A model generated the notes under the pieces. It saw nothing but the letters and a program-made list of their open reading frames with translations. It did not search any database and was not told the origin of the DNA. The position numbers and the translations under genes were made by a program. This document shows, in pieces, positions 48,503-61,654 of a DNA stretch of 64,000 bases (the stretch's first letter is position 1; each line of letters begins with the position of its first letter). The stretch lies in assembly GCF_964213995.1 (NCBI RefSeq), contig NC_135804.1, forward strand, positions 94,736,001-94,800,000, given 5' to 3'. Source of the DNA: Mustelus asterias (Eukaryota).

Positions 48503-48859
48503 GAAAATAAATTAACCAGCTTGATCTGACACTTCCTGTCATTATTTGTGGAATTGCAGTGGTTCAGGAATAAAATAGGGTGTATGTTTAGAGTGATAAT
48601 GAAGAAAGTACGAAGATACATACTTTGTGTAGGTCCCAAAATTCCAGTCATTGGTTTTCACTTGTTATTGAAGATGGCTGCTTCTCACATACACACAGTC
48701 ATTTGTTGTGCATTCCAACATGGCTGATGGCAGATTGTAGCCATGCATGGCTTTCCACAGTACGGGCAAGGATGAATTGTCTGATTTTGTTTAAACAGCC
48801 TGGTATTTCTAGCTTGCCTTTGTCCTTAGCTGCCAGTATTCTTTGCTATTCTAAGGAAA

Positions 48860-51800
48860 CATGACATGAGATTGCTCTCTAAGGAGTTCTTTCTTAAACT
48901 TATTTTTCTCCCAACCTGGAGTGGACGTGCCACGTTTCCTGAGGTTAACCTTCAAGGACTTTTTGAACCTTAATCTTAGCCTACCTCACAGGCAGTATTC
49001 AAATTTAAATTGTGAATACATGACTACCTTAGGGATTTTATTGTCAGACATATGTACTGCATGTCCACTCCATCTTAGTGGGCGGTATGGTGGCACAGTG
49101 ATTAGCACTGCTGCCTCACAGTGCCAACGACCAGTTTCAATTCTGGCCTTGGGGGACTAAGTATGTGGAGAGAACAAAGAACAATACAGCACAGGAACAG
49201 GCCCTTCGGCCCTCCAAGCCCGTGCCGCTCCCTGGTCCAAACTAGACCATTCTTTTGTATCCCTCCATTCCCACTCCGTTCATATGGCTGTCTAGATAAG
49301 TCTTAAACGTTCCCAGTGTGTCCGCCTCTACCACCTTGCCTGGCAGCGCATTCCAGGCCCCCACCACCCTCTGTGTAAAATATGTCCTTCTGATATCTGT
49401 GTTAAACCTCCCCCCCCTTCACCTTGAACCTATGACCCCTTGTGAACGTCACCACCGACCTGGGGAAAAGCTTCCCACCGTTCACCCTATCTATGCCTTT
49501 CATAATTTTATACACCTCTATTAAGTCTCCCCTCATCCTCCGTCTTTCCAGGGAGAACAACCCCAGTTTACCCAATCTCTCCTCATAACTAAGCCCCTCC
49601 ATACCAGGCAACATCCTGGTAAACCTCCTCTGTACTCTCTCCAAAGCCTCCACATCCTTCTGGTAGTGTGGCGACCAGAACTGGACGCAGTATTCCAAAT
49701 GCGGCCGAACCAACGTTCTGTACATCTGCAACATCAGACCCCAACTTTTATACTCTATGCCCCGTCCTATAAAGGCAAGCATGCCATATGCCTTCTTCAC
49801 CACCTTCTCTACCTGTGACGTCACCTTCAAGGATCTGTGGACTTGCACACCCAGGTCCCTCTGCGTATCTACACCCTTTATGGTTCTGCCATTTATCGTA
49901 TAGCTCCTCCCTACATTATTTCTACCAAAATGCATCACTTCGCATTTATCAGGATTGAACTCCATCTGCCATTTCTTTGCCCAAATTTCTAGCCTATCTA
50001 TATCCTTCTGTAGCTTCTGACAATGCTCCTCACTATCTGAAAGTCCTGCCAATTTTGTGTCGTCCGCAAACTTACTGATCACCCCAGTTACACCTTCTTC
50101 CAGATCGTTTATATAAATCACAAACAGCAGAGGTCCCAATACAGAGCCCTGCGGAACACCACTAGTCACAGGCCTCCAGCCGGAAAAAGACCCTTCCACT
50201 ACCACCCTCTGTCTTCTGTGACCAAGCCAGTTCTCCACCCATCTAGCCACCTCCCCCTTTATCCCATGAGATCCAACCTTTTTCACCAGCCTACCATGAG
50301 AGACTTTGTCAAATGCTTTACTAAAGTCCAGATAGACGACATCCACGGCCCTTCCCTCGTCAACCATTCTGGTCACTTCTTCAAAAAACTCCACCAGGTT
50401 AGTGAGGCATGACCTCCCACTCACAAAACCATGCTGACTATCGTTAATGAGTTTATTCCTTTCTAAATGCGCATACATCCTATCTCTAAGAATCTTCTCC
50501 AACAACTTCCCCACCACGGACGTCAAGCTCACTGGCCGATAATTACCCGGGTTATCCTTCCTACCCGTCTTAAATAACGGGACCACATTAGCTATCCTCC
50601 AATCCTCTGGGACCTCACCTGCGTCTAGTGACAAGACAAAGATTTGCGTCAGAGGCCCAGCGATTTCATCTCTCGTCTCCCTGAGCAGCCTTGGATAGAT
50701 TCCATCAGGCCCTGGGGATTTGTCAGTCTTTATATTCTCTAACAAACCTAACACTTCCTCCCTTGTAATGGAGATTTTCTCCAACGGTTCAACGCTCCCC
50801 TCCGAGACACTCCCAGTCAACACATCCCTCTCCTTTGTGAATACTGACGCAAAGTATTCATTTAGGATCTCCCCTACTTCTTTGGGCTCCAAGCATAATT
50901 CCCCACTTTTGTCCCTGAGAGGTCTGATTTTTTCCCTGACAACCCTTTTGTTCCTAACGTATGAATAAAATGCCTTGGGATTCTCCTTAATCCTGTCTGC
51001 CAAGGACATTTCGTGACCCCTTTTTGCCCTTCTAATTCCCCATTTGAGTTCTTTCCTACTTTCTTTGTACTCCTCCAGAGCTCCCTCCGTTTTTAGCTGC
51101 CTGGACCTAACATACGCCTCTCTTTTCTTTTTGACCAGTCCCTCAATTTCCCTGGTTATCCACGGTTCTCTAATCCTACCCTTCCTATCCTTTTTTACAG
51201 GCACATGCCTGTCCTGTAGCCCTAACAACTGTTCCTTAAAAGACTCCCACATGCCAGATGTGGATTTACCCTCAAACAGCCTCTCCCAATCAAGAGCTGC
51301 CAATTTCTGCCTAATCCCACTAAAGTTAGCCTTCCCCCAATCCAACACCTTACCCTTGGGACACCACTCATCCTTTTCCATCACTATCCTAAAGCTAACA
51401 GAATTGTGGTCACTATTTGCCACATGTTCCCCTACCGAAACTTTGAAGACCTGACCGGGCTCATTCCCCAGTACTAGGTCCAGTATAGCCCCCTCTCTAG
51501 TCGGGCTATCTACATATTGTTCCAAAGAACCCTCCTGTACGCATTTTACAAATTCCTCCCCATTCAGAGTCCCAGCTCTCAGCGATTTCCAGTCTACACC
51601 AGGGAAATTGAAGTCTCCCACTACAACAACCCTATTTTTCCTGCACCTATTCAGTATCTCCTGACATATGGAGTTTGCACGTTCTCCCGTGTTTGCTCGC
51701 GTTTCCTCCTGATGCTCCAGTTTCCTCCCACATTCAATTTGATTTGATTTGATACTCCAAAGATGTGTTGATGTGTTGTAGGTTGATTGGCCATGCTAAA

Positions 51801-52930
51801 TTGCCCCTTAGTGTCAGGGGGACTAGCAAGGTAAATACATGGGGTTATGGGAGATAGGGTTTGGGCGGGGTTATTGTCGGTGCAGGCTCGATGGGCCGAA
51901 TGACCACCTTCTGCACTGTAGGGATTCTATGATTCCATCTGAGTTGGGCTCTGATGATAAGTACTTCTGTTTCAGACATTCCTGTCCTTTGAAGTACCTC
52001 AGTTTTGGACACTTTTTCTCCTCACATTTGATGCCAGTGATGTTCAGAATGTATTTCATGTGGAACCTGTCCAACTGTTTAATATGTTTGGAGTAGGTAG
52101 TCCATGCTTCATAGGCATATAAGAGGGTAGGTGTGACAACAGCTTTACGCACTGCAGGTTTTGTTGTAAGTTTGATACCTTGTTGCTGTCAGTGCAGACA
52201 TTTCTGAAGATGGTGCTTCCAAGATGGATGTAGTTAACTATAGCCTCCAGGGCTGTGTCATCGGTTATGGCAGACTCCGAATTTGGTGGTGGTTGAAGAA
52301 GTATATCTGTCTTCCTTAAGTTGATGGTGAGCCCATAGTCGTCGGCCACTTATGCAAAACAGTCCATGATTCTTTGAAGGCCATTCTTACATTGTACCAG
52401 GCACATTCATCAGAAAACAGCAATTCCCATAGCAATACCCTAGTTGAGGATTTCAGCTGCCTCAGGTTGAAGAGGTTTCCATCTGTTGTGAATTGGATGT
52501 GTTTTCATTCCATTGACATTTCCATCAAATGCTCCAAAAAGCATGGCAGGAAAGAATATACTGAACAACACAAGAACCATGGCATACCCCCTTGCTACTT
52601 GTTACATCAGAGGACTTATGTGTTCACCACGCTCAGCAAATCTGGCTGTCGTGAAACTGCTGTATCAGATTTACAGCTCTTTCAGAACATCCATGTTTGG
52701 CTAAGATTGTCCACAAGGCCTCACTATTTACTGTCAAAAGGCCTTTGTTAGAACATCAAAGGCAAAGTAGAGTCCCATCCGTTTTTTGTGGCGTTTCTCT
52801 TGTATTTGGCAAGTGGTGACAATCATGTTGCCTTTGCCTTTCCTGTACCCATTTTGACTTTCTGGTAGTACACGTTCTTCCATGTGGCTTGCCAATCTGT
52901 TGAGTAGAACTTTTGGTAGAATCTAGCAAA
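48860..52930 (-). mobile_element. Degenerate RTE-clade LINE hosting a V-SINE (49079-49170 and 51665-51935), which hosts a CR1
   Basis: KAVVTPTLLYAYEAWTTYSKHIKQLDRFH and YGLTINLRKT are RTE-type motifs; SINE halves join across the CR1. Confidence 0.75.
49171..51664 (-). mobile_element. Young CR1 (HER1-like) with uninterrupted 739-aa endonuclease C-terminus/RT ORF
   Basis: ORF 49402-51621: GDFN, SDH, GPDG, NYRPVSLTS, PQGSVLGP, FADD; (TGTTCTT)n tail. Confidence 0.96.
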
Positions 52931-53392
52931 AATTCCAATAAATACGCTGAAAAGTGTCAAGAAACAGAATATTCTTGGATGGAGTGAGTGAGGTTGTTAA
53001 ATTCCAATGGAAAATAAATCTCATGATCTCAGAATTCACAACTTCCTCAAAGTTGTGCTTTATGGACTATAATAATGGTGATAGCAGGTTAAATGTGTAA
53101 GTTATGTGAAGTCTGTGACCCACCCACTAGCAACGGTGGCACAGTCATTACCTAAGCCCTATATAAGGCAGGTCCAAGACTGGGCCTGCTGAACTGTCGT
53201 CCCAGCCAGGGACTAGTTGTGTATACCACGGCAGTAGTTTTACTTTGCATTCTGTAATGAACTATGTTCCTTTCCAGTCGGACTTTCTGAGTTATTACAA
53301 TGGAGCTAGACATTCTAGCCTCAGGCCTGCTTCCATCTCTTGCACTGCCTCCCCAAAGCAAAAATGCTGTATGCAGTGGTCCTTTATATAGA

Positions 53393-55183
53393 GTAAGAAG
53401 TCTCACAACACCAGGTTAAAGTCCAACAGGTTTATTTGGTAGCAAATACCATAAGCTTTCGGAGCAATGCTCCTTCGTCAGATGGAGTGGTCTCTGTTCT
53501 CAAACAGGGCACAGACACAGAAATCAAATTACAGAATACTGATTAGAATGCAAATCTCTACAGCCAGCCAGGTCTTAAATGCACAGACAATGTGGGTGGA
53601 GGGAGCATTCAACACAGGTTAAAGAGATGTGTATTGTCTCCAGACAGTACAGCTTGTGAAATTGTGCAAGTCCAGGAGTCAAGCTGTGGGGGTTACTGAT
53701 AATGTGACATAAATCCAACATCCCGGTTTAGACCGTCCTCATGTGTGCGAAACTTGGCTATCAGTTTCTGCTCAGTGACTCTGCGCTGTCGTGTGTCGTG
53801 AAGGCCGCCTTGGAGAACGCTTACCTGAAGATCCAAGGCTGAATGCCCGTGACTGCTGAAGTGCTCCCCCACAGGAAGAGAACAGTCTTGCCTGGTGATT
53901 GTCGAGCGGTATTCGTTCATCCGTTGTCGTAGCGTCTGCATGGTTTCCCCAATGTACCATGCAGACGCTACGACAACGGATGAACGAACACCGCTTGACA
54001 ATCACCAGGCAAGACTGTTCTCTTCCTGTGGGGGAGCACTTCAGCAGTCGCAGGCATTCAGCCTTGGATCTTCAGATAAGCGTTCTCCAAGGTGGCCTTC
54101 ATGACACACGACAGCGCAGAGTCGCTGAGCAGAAACTGATAGCCAAGTTCCGCACACATGAGGACGGCCTAAACCGGGATGTTGGATTTATGTCACATTA
54201 TCAGTAACCCCCACAGCTTGCCTCCTGGGCTTGCAGAATCTCACTAGCTGTTCTGTCTGGAGACAATACACATCTCTTTAACCTGTGTTTAATGCTCCCT
54301 CCACCCACATTGTCTGTATCTTTAAGACCTGGCTGGTTGTAGGGATTCGCATTCTAATCAGTATTCTACAACTTGATTTTGTGTCTGTTTGCACTGTTTG
54401 AGAGCACATTTCCACTCCATCTGACGAAGGAGCAGTGCTCCGAAAGCTTATGGTATTTGCTACCAAATAAACCTGTTGGACTTTAACCTGGTGTTGTGAG
54501 ACTTCTTACTGTGTTCACCCCAGTCCAACGCCGGCATCTCCACATCATCGAAAATAAATTAACCAGCTTGATCTGACACTTCCTGTCATTATTTGTGGAA
54601 TTGCAGTGGTTCAGAATGAACACCGCTCGACAATCACCAGGCAAGACTGTTCTCTTCCTGTGGGGGAGCACTTCAGCAGTCACGGGCATTCAGCCTTGGA
54701 TCTTCAGGTAAGCGTTCTCCAAGGCGGCCTTCACGACACACGACAGCGCAGAGTCACTGAGCAGAAACTGATAGCCAAGTTTCGCACACATGAGGACGGT
54801 CTAAACCGGGATGTTGGATTTATGTCACATTATCAGTAACCCCCACAGCTTGACTCCTGGACTTGCACAATTTCACAAGCTGTACTGTCTGGAGACAATA
54901 CACATCTCTTTAACCTGTGTTGAATGCTCCCTCCACCCACATTGTCTGTGCATTTAAGACCTGGCTGGCTGTAGAGATTTGCATTCTAATCAGTATTCTG
55001 TAATTTGATTTCTGTGTCTGTGCCCTGTTTGAGAACAGAGACCACTCCATCTGACGAAGGAGCATTGCTCCGAAAGCTTATGGTATTTGCTACCAAATAA
55101 ACCTGTTGGACTTTAACCTGGTGTTGTGAGACTTCTTACTGTGCTTACCCCAGTCCAACGCCGGCATCTCCACTTCATGACTA
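53393..55183 (+). mobile_element. Composite palindromic Penelope-like insertion with captured genomic segment (~53909-54614)
   Basis: TSD CCTTTATATAGA at 53381-53392 and 55184-55195; outer arms match each other, and the middle matches 47862-48567. Confidence 0.92.
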
Positions 55184-58100
55184 CCTTTATATAGAAACAG
55201 ATCTGCTAAGTTGGGAAATTTCCCGACTCGACCTTCCCGCCTTGTCACTTGTGTTCTCTTATCATACATCCATATTCAGAGCTGTTTTTCAGCTGTTAGT
55301 AGTCTTGAACCTATGTCAATATTTTAAAAGTTGTTGGTGAGCTTTTGCTAGTTTTTGAGGTTGGCCAATATATACAATTTAATTTCTTCTAGATTCTACC
55401 ATTTCCATATATTAAAGCCTATAAACAGCCCATTCAGAAGTGGATGTTTTTTTATTGATGGATTGAAAAGCTTTAGCTAATTTAGATTGGTTCTGAATGT
55501 AGGGACACTGTTGGATGTTGGAAAGTCTGATTAAAATACTATGCTTTCCCCACCAAGGGGTGCAAGTGAGCTGATGCAGTAGCTAGTAGAAACTTCATAC
55601 TATATTCATTTCAAACTGCTATAGTAGAATTTAACATGAATGTGAATGTTGAAGTGTGCACAAAAGTAATATTCATTTCACATTAAAACCCAAAGTTGAG
55701 CACTTTGCTCACCTCTCAGAACATTTTATTTGAAGTTAGTAGAAGGGGCTTCCAAACATGTTACATTTTATGTGGGAAGACATTCCAAGTCTTTGCAGAG
55801 GCATGTTAAAAACTGGACACCGAGTCAAAGGAAGGAAGGCTTGATAAGGGGGACCAAATACTTGATTTAAAGAGGTGAGTTTTAAAAGAATAGGAAAGTT
55901 GAGGTGTTTTTAGGAAGGAAATATGAGAGAGTTGGACCTATAACTAAAGGAAGAGCTCCCAGTGGTGAAGTGAAGGAGGGGATGTATACAAGGTTGGATT
56001 AAGAAGAATGGAGAATTGTACAGCCAAAGGAAGAAACCGAGATGGAGAGGATGCAACCTGAAATATGTTTATCTTGGTAATTTATTTCATTTATGTGATG
56101 TGAACATAGCTGGCATTTATTGCCCAGTGTTGATTGCCCTTGAGAAGGTGATGGTGAGTTGGTTCCTTCAGCCTATGCAATAATGATGCCCCTACAGTGC
56201 TGTTAGGTACAGAGTTCCAAGATATTGAATCAGCAACAATCAAGCAATGGCTATATATTTCCAAGTCAGGATGATGTGTGACCTGCATCCTGATCCATAA
56301 GCATTACCTCCAATGAACTGAATGTGGGATCACCTGAGGCCTGCCACATATGTTTTGTCCACATGTCCGTACTCAATACTAGCTCAAGGTCATTCTCATT
56401 CTTGACCATAATTTTGAGAAAAATGATCTGATTTAATTGTATACTATAACTTCTTGGGTTGTAACTCATAAAAATCATCCTACATAGAAATTACAGTGCA
56501 GGATCAGACCATTCAGCCCATTAGGGCCATGCCAGCATTCATGTCCAATGGAGGACTCTTTTGACCATTCTCCTCTAACCCTATCAACATATCCTTCTAT
56601 TCCTTTCCCTCTCATATTTCTCTAACTTTTCTTTTTCTACATTAATGCTCATCGTCTCAAATATTTATTACCGTAGGGTGTTCCACATTTGGGTAAAGAA
56701 GCTTCTCCAGAAATACCTATTGGATTTATATAGTTACTGTTTAGATTTATTGCTCCTTGTTCTGATATCTCACACAGATGGAAACATTGGCCAAGATTTT
56801 CCTGGCACTATGAGGATGGGTTCAGACATGCGAAGGCTGCCAGAATGGCATTTGAAAGTATCAGGTGATAAGACATTTGGTTCTGCCCTGAGCCCGATTG
56901 AGCACTTAATGACGAATTAAGGGCCTCTTCCTGCCTCTGGTTGCATTTTGACTCAGTGAACCAATGATTCAGTTACTAGCCCTCCTACCTCTAAGCCAGA
57001 AAGCCCTGGCCCCCACTTCAGGATTTGGGTGGCCACAGTGCATTTGTGCAGCTTTAAGTAGATTGGTAATCAGCTTGCAACTTATTTCCAACATTCCACA
57101 CTGTTCTCTAATGGAGAAAAGAATGTGAAGACATACGAAACAAGCAAATTTTTTGGCTACAAAGAGCCCCATATCTACTGTGACTTTGGTGCCACTTGCC
57201 CTCCCTGTTCCCTCTCTGTTTCCTATCCCAGCCCCCAGCACCCATGTCTGTCCCTGGCAGTGAGTGTACATGTCTCTCTCTCTCAATGTGTCCTCTTCCA
57301 GTTGCAGTTTGAATAGTGGCCATGGCTGCTGGTGACATTGCTGAGATGCTGGCCCTCTGACTGGGCTGGCAACTTTTCTTGGCAGACCGTTGTCTTCAAT
57401 GGACAGTAGTCTCTGTGGCTGCCACCTGTAAAGTGTGGCTTTGGGTCCTGCACTCTGCTTTTGGCCCTGGCGGTGGGGGGACCCATACAGTGATGTTCTT
57501 TGTTTCGGCTGTGCTTTCAGGTAGTGAGTTTCAGACCCCTACCAGCCTCTGGGAGGAAAAAAGTTTTCCTCAGCTCCTCTCTAATACTTCTGCCAATTAC
57601 TTTAAACCCTTGATATTGGTTTTTCTAATAAGGGAAATAGGTCCTTCCTATCCACTCCCTCTGGGCTCCACTTTGCCAGCCCCTTGGGACCTCTCCACCT
57701 CTGGAAGCTGTATGCACCTGCCCTCCTCTAGTGGGTTCTGTTCTCCCACCGGGGGCCCTGTCATGACGGACAATCTAATGGGAGGGGGGTGTGTCTGTGT
57801 GTGTGTCTGTGTGTGTCCATGTCCCCAGAGCAGTAGCCTGGCCCTCTACGTTACTAGCCCAACCATCTCCCCCGTCAGCAGGCTTTACAGCAAGTGTATG
57901 TGCAAACTTAACAATCTCAGTAGAGGGATTTTACAAACCAGTTTTGCAGAGGAAAAAAAATAAAATGGAAGCAGCCTTTTTAAGAAAGGCTCAGAAGAGA
58001 GACTTTTGTCTTTAAAAAAAAGGCCACAATAAAGAATTTTAGAAAGCCCATGTTGTGATGGCCGCAGGGATCGTAGAATACGAGCTCCCCTATAAGGCAA

Positions 58101-58687
58101 GTGGACGGCCCACCAAATTGGGAAAGAGTAGTGGGGAGTTTAAAACCAGCTGGCTTCACTCAAGCCAACAGTCGAAAGACTTGAAGCTGATCTGTACACT
58201 GCAGTCGCTGAGCGAACTTTGAACAAGTTGTTAACTTAGGGTAATGGTGACAGAAGACGGGCCTCGGTAAGGTTATTACAGCCTGAAAGGGGGATTTTAA
58301 AAATAAAAAGCTTGGGAGAGGAATTTTTAAAAAACAAGTTCAGGAAAGGAGTTTATTTTTTTAAAACCCTTGAGTGAATTTTAACAACACAGGAAGGGCC
58401 TTTTAAACTACAGAAGTGGCATTTTAAACAAAACTAGAGCATGGGAGAACAGAGCTATCTAACTCCTGCTTACAACCATCCTAAGTATTGACTGGATCAT
58501 TTCTTTGAGCTGAGGTCAAAGTACTAGAGAGGTTACAGGTCTATCGCTAATTGTTACACGGAGTAATTTCCTTCCATTTCTCTTAGTTATAAAATTATAG
58601 GTTAATTCTTTATAAATGTGTTCATAAGTTTGTTCAAGCTAACATCTGGTGAAACTATCAGAGCTTGTGCTAAGTTAAAGATATAGT

Positions 58688-59767
58688 GGGCAACTCTGCA
58701 GCGCAGCGGGCCGGGAGACTCGAGCAGAGGCCGTTTAGCGGGCTTCCCACTGGGTGCCATGGCCTTCACAGTCTCCGGCCACCCGATCTCCAGTGTCATC
58801 AGCTCCGTGCCAGAAATGGGCACGGAGCTGAATAAAATATTTAAATAATTTAAAAACCATTAGTGGGCCCGGAACTGAAGTCTCCAGGCCCGCTAGCTTC
58901 TCCACCCCCTTCAGGAGTGGCTCATTCCAGCGGGGTTTACAGCAGTTCCCCACCAACGGGGAGCTTGCGACTCGACCCCGCTGGAGTGAAGGGAGGCCAA
59001 GAAGGCCTTCCAGGAGGTCGGGGTAAGGAGGGGTTGCCCCATGGGCATACCAGCATGGCAGTGTCAGCCTAGCCCCCGGCGCTGCCCAAGGGGTAAAGTG
59101 GCAATGCCCAGGGGGCAACTTGGCACTGCCCACCGAGCATCGGACAGAACAAAAGGGGCGGGTCCTAATGGGGCATGGCCTCTGGGGGCAATCAGTGGGC
59201 TTGGGGGTCCCGCTGTCACTCTGAGGTTGGGATCGATAGGGGAGGGAAGGAAGGGGCTGATCGGGGATGTACATCGGGGTGGGGTGGGGGAGGTCGGTCT
59301 GCTCGGGGGTGGAGGGGGATCGTGCCTGATGGTGGAGAGGAGATCAGGAGATTGGGCTTGGCTGGGGGGAGGGATGGTGGGATCGAGCCGGGCGTGGGTG
59401 AGGGGGTTTGCAGCTGGTCCGGAGACATTCAGAAGGACAGCGATCGAGCTGTGGGGGGGATCAGTGGGACAGCGATTGGGAGTTGCTGTGCTGGCCAGCA
59501 ATTGAGCAGTGAGGGACGACTGTGCATGCGCCAATCTCCGCTCTGACAGATGGACATGTGCGCAGTGGCCCGCTCAGCGCTATGCTGCCAGCCTCTCCAG
59601 CGGGAATAGGCCCCGCCTACTGATTTTTGGAGTGATTCACACTAGGGCACTCTGCAGTGCACAGAGTGTGGGAGATTCATTTTGAAAATCCTGCTTTAAA
59701 AAAACAGTGGGATTTACTCCAGTTTTTATGCAAATTTGGCACTTAGAATTTTTTTGGGAGAATCCCA
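58688..59767. mobile_element. Non-autonomous Harbinger-type element related to 19106-20649 (opposite orientation)
   Basis: 59570-59767 is the reverse-complement homologue of 19110-19330; ends GGGAGAATCCC. Confidence 0.7.
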
Positions 59768-61654
59768 GGCTTATTTCTGGTAAATCTGGGTCATATGTGG
59801 CACCAAACTGACCTCCGTACTTAACTATTCTAATTTACACTATATTCTCCTGTCCCATTTCCTAAGCCCATTGGAGGCCAATGTTGAAATTGATCTTTCG
59901 AATATTGCAGCAGAATAGAACCTGTTTTTTTAAACTGGCCTCCCGCAGGTCTACAAGAAAGCAGAAGCAATGGATGTTGAACCAACATCCTGAACCTTTT
60001 GAAAGTGAGGGTTCCAGAACTTTCCTACCCTTTGTGTGAAAATGTAGTTCCTGGTTTCACTTCTACAAGGTCACATTGCTCTAATTTTAAGAATTCATCC
60101 TCTTGTTCTGGATTTCCTCATCAGAGGATAGTTTATTTTCATCTAACTTATCAAATCAACACATTTTAAACACCCTGATTAGATCACCCTCAGCCTTGTA
60201 AACCCAAGACAATACAAGCCAAATTTATACAATTTGCTCTTATAATTTGAGTCTTTAAGCTCTATAATTCAGGTGAGTCTGCACAGTACCCCTTCCAAGA
60301 CCAATATATATTTCCTGAAAACTAAATCCAGTTCTAAAACATCTAAAACTAAAACATCACTTCTCACTTCAGCCCCCGGAGTCATTTGATTACTTTTTGT
60401 ACCTGTTCATTAGTTTATAGAAATTTGTACATCTTCATTGCATCTCATTGCTTCTCCAGAGCCCCATGTGAGATCAGGGAGGATAGTGACATTCATACGA
60501 CTATACCATAGCAGGAATCAACGCCTAGAGGAAACTAGGAGAAGGCGGGGGGAATAAGAACTCATTCAAGTATATAATAATATTCATTGTGATTACGTAT
60601 ACTGTAAAGAATACTGCGCAGTTACAATGAAACACAAGTGTAATTTAATCTTTTGGTTTAGCCAATGTATACAAACCTAAGGGGTGAGGTTCTTAATGTC
60701 ATCTGAACCCTGTGATTAGATTCTTGCCTTACGAGTCACTGACGGGGATCCCCATCTCACTTCCACTGTTCCTCCTTTTTTGAAGAGTGTCTATACAGAT
60801 GATAATGTGAAATTACAGTGCAGTTTCAATCACTTTGAATTGCAACCACTAACTGCATCTGAGGATTACATGATAATACGTCAGTAGTACGAGGATTTCG
60901 TGCGAGTGATTAACGCAGTGTTGTCACTAGGTTTATTCAATCCTCTGAAGTCAATATGCTGAAAGAAGCTTTAATATTATGAGATGTGCTCCTTATATCA
61001 CATGTTTAATTAGGCATGGTGATCTTTTTAATTTTTAAACTTGGCATTGTTTGTGATTTCAGTGCCATTGGTTTGCAGAAGTGCCTGGCACAATGCAAGT
61101 GCTAGTTTCCAAGCAGACCTGGGTAAATGAAAAATGACTTGCTTTCAATCAGTTATTGCTCCTCTTCTAATTGATCTTTGGTGCATCCAAAACTATTCTT
61201 GACAGGCCTTTACATATTGTTCTTACTCTAGTGCTGAACAATTCAAAGGACCCTCTCCACTTAACCTGCATTTAGAAAATCAGAGTGTAGAATTATATTG
61301 TTGTATAATCTGAACAGTTCAAGTTGACATAGTACAAAAATGTCACTGACTGAAATCCAAGTGATACGTATAAAGATATGTTCGTATCCATGGGTTAATT
61401 ATAACGGGGACAGATATCTAACTTCAATAGATTTTGGTTGATGAGTTAGAGAAAGCTCTGGAGAACTGGTACTCTACAGAGGATGAATCATAACCAATTA
61501 TAGGAAAGTTAAATGAGGCGCCAAAATGACTTGAGAGAGTGTTTCGAGTAGCAGAGATGTGGGCTCCTATATTTATGGGGAGGCAAAGAGAATGTGGGGA
61601 TAGCCAGAAAAGCTGAAGGATCTGGCAAAAGATACAAAAGTCTGAGGTCATATA

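Noticed and set aside
4125-51935. tRNA genes at the A/B-box motifs
   Set aside because: Each continues into a SINE body and tail and none forms a complete cloverleaf that I can see.
10401-55183. Recurrent ACAACACCAGGTTAAAGTCCAACAGGTTTATTTGG motif as a CRISPR-like repeat
   Set aside because: Copies are dispersed, in both orientations, have TSDs and adjoin GIY-YIG coding; there is no regular repeat-spacer period and no cas genes, and the context is eukaryotic.
58735-59546. Overlapping 120-180 aa Pro/Gly-rich ORFs (also 28.2-28.9, 41.0-41.5 and 44.7-45.2 kb)
   Set aside because: Stop-poor GC-rich transposon interiors or minisatellites; no recognisable domains or splice structure.
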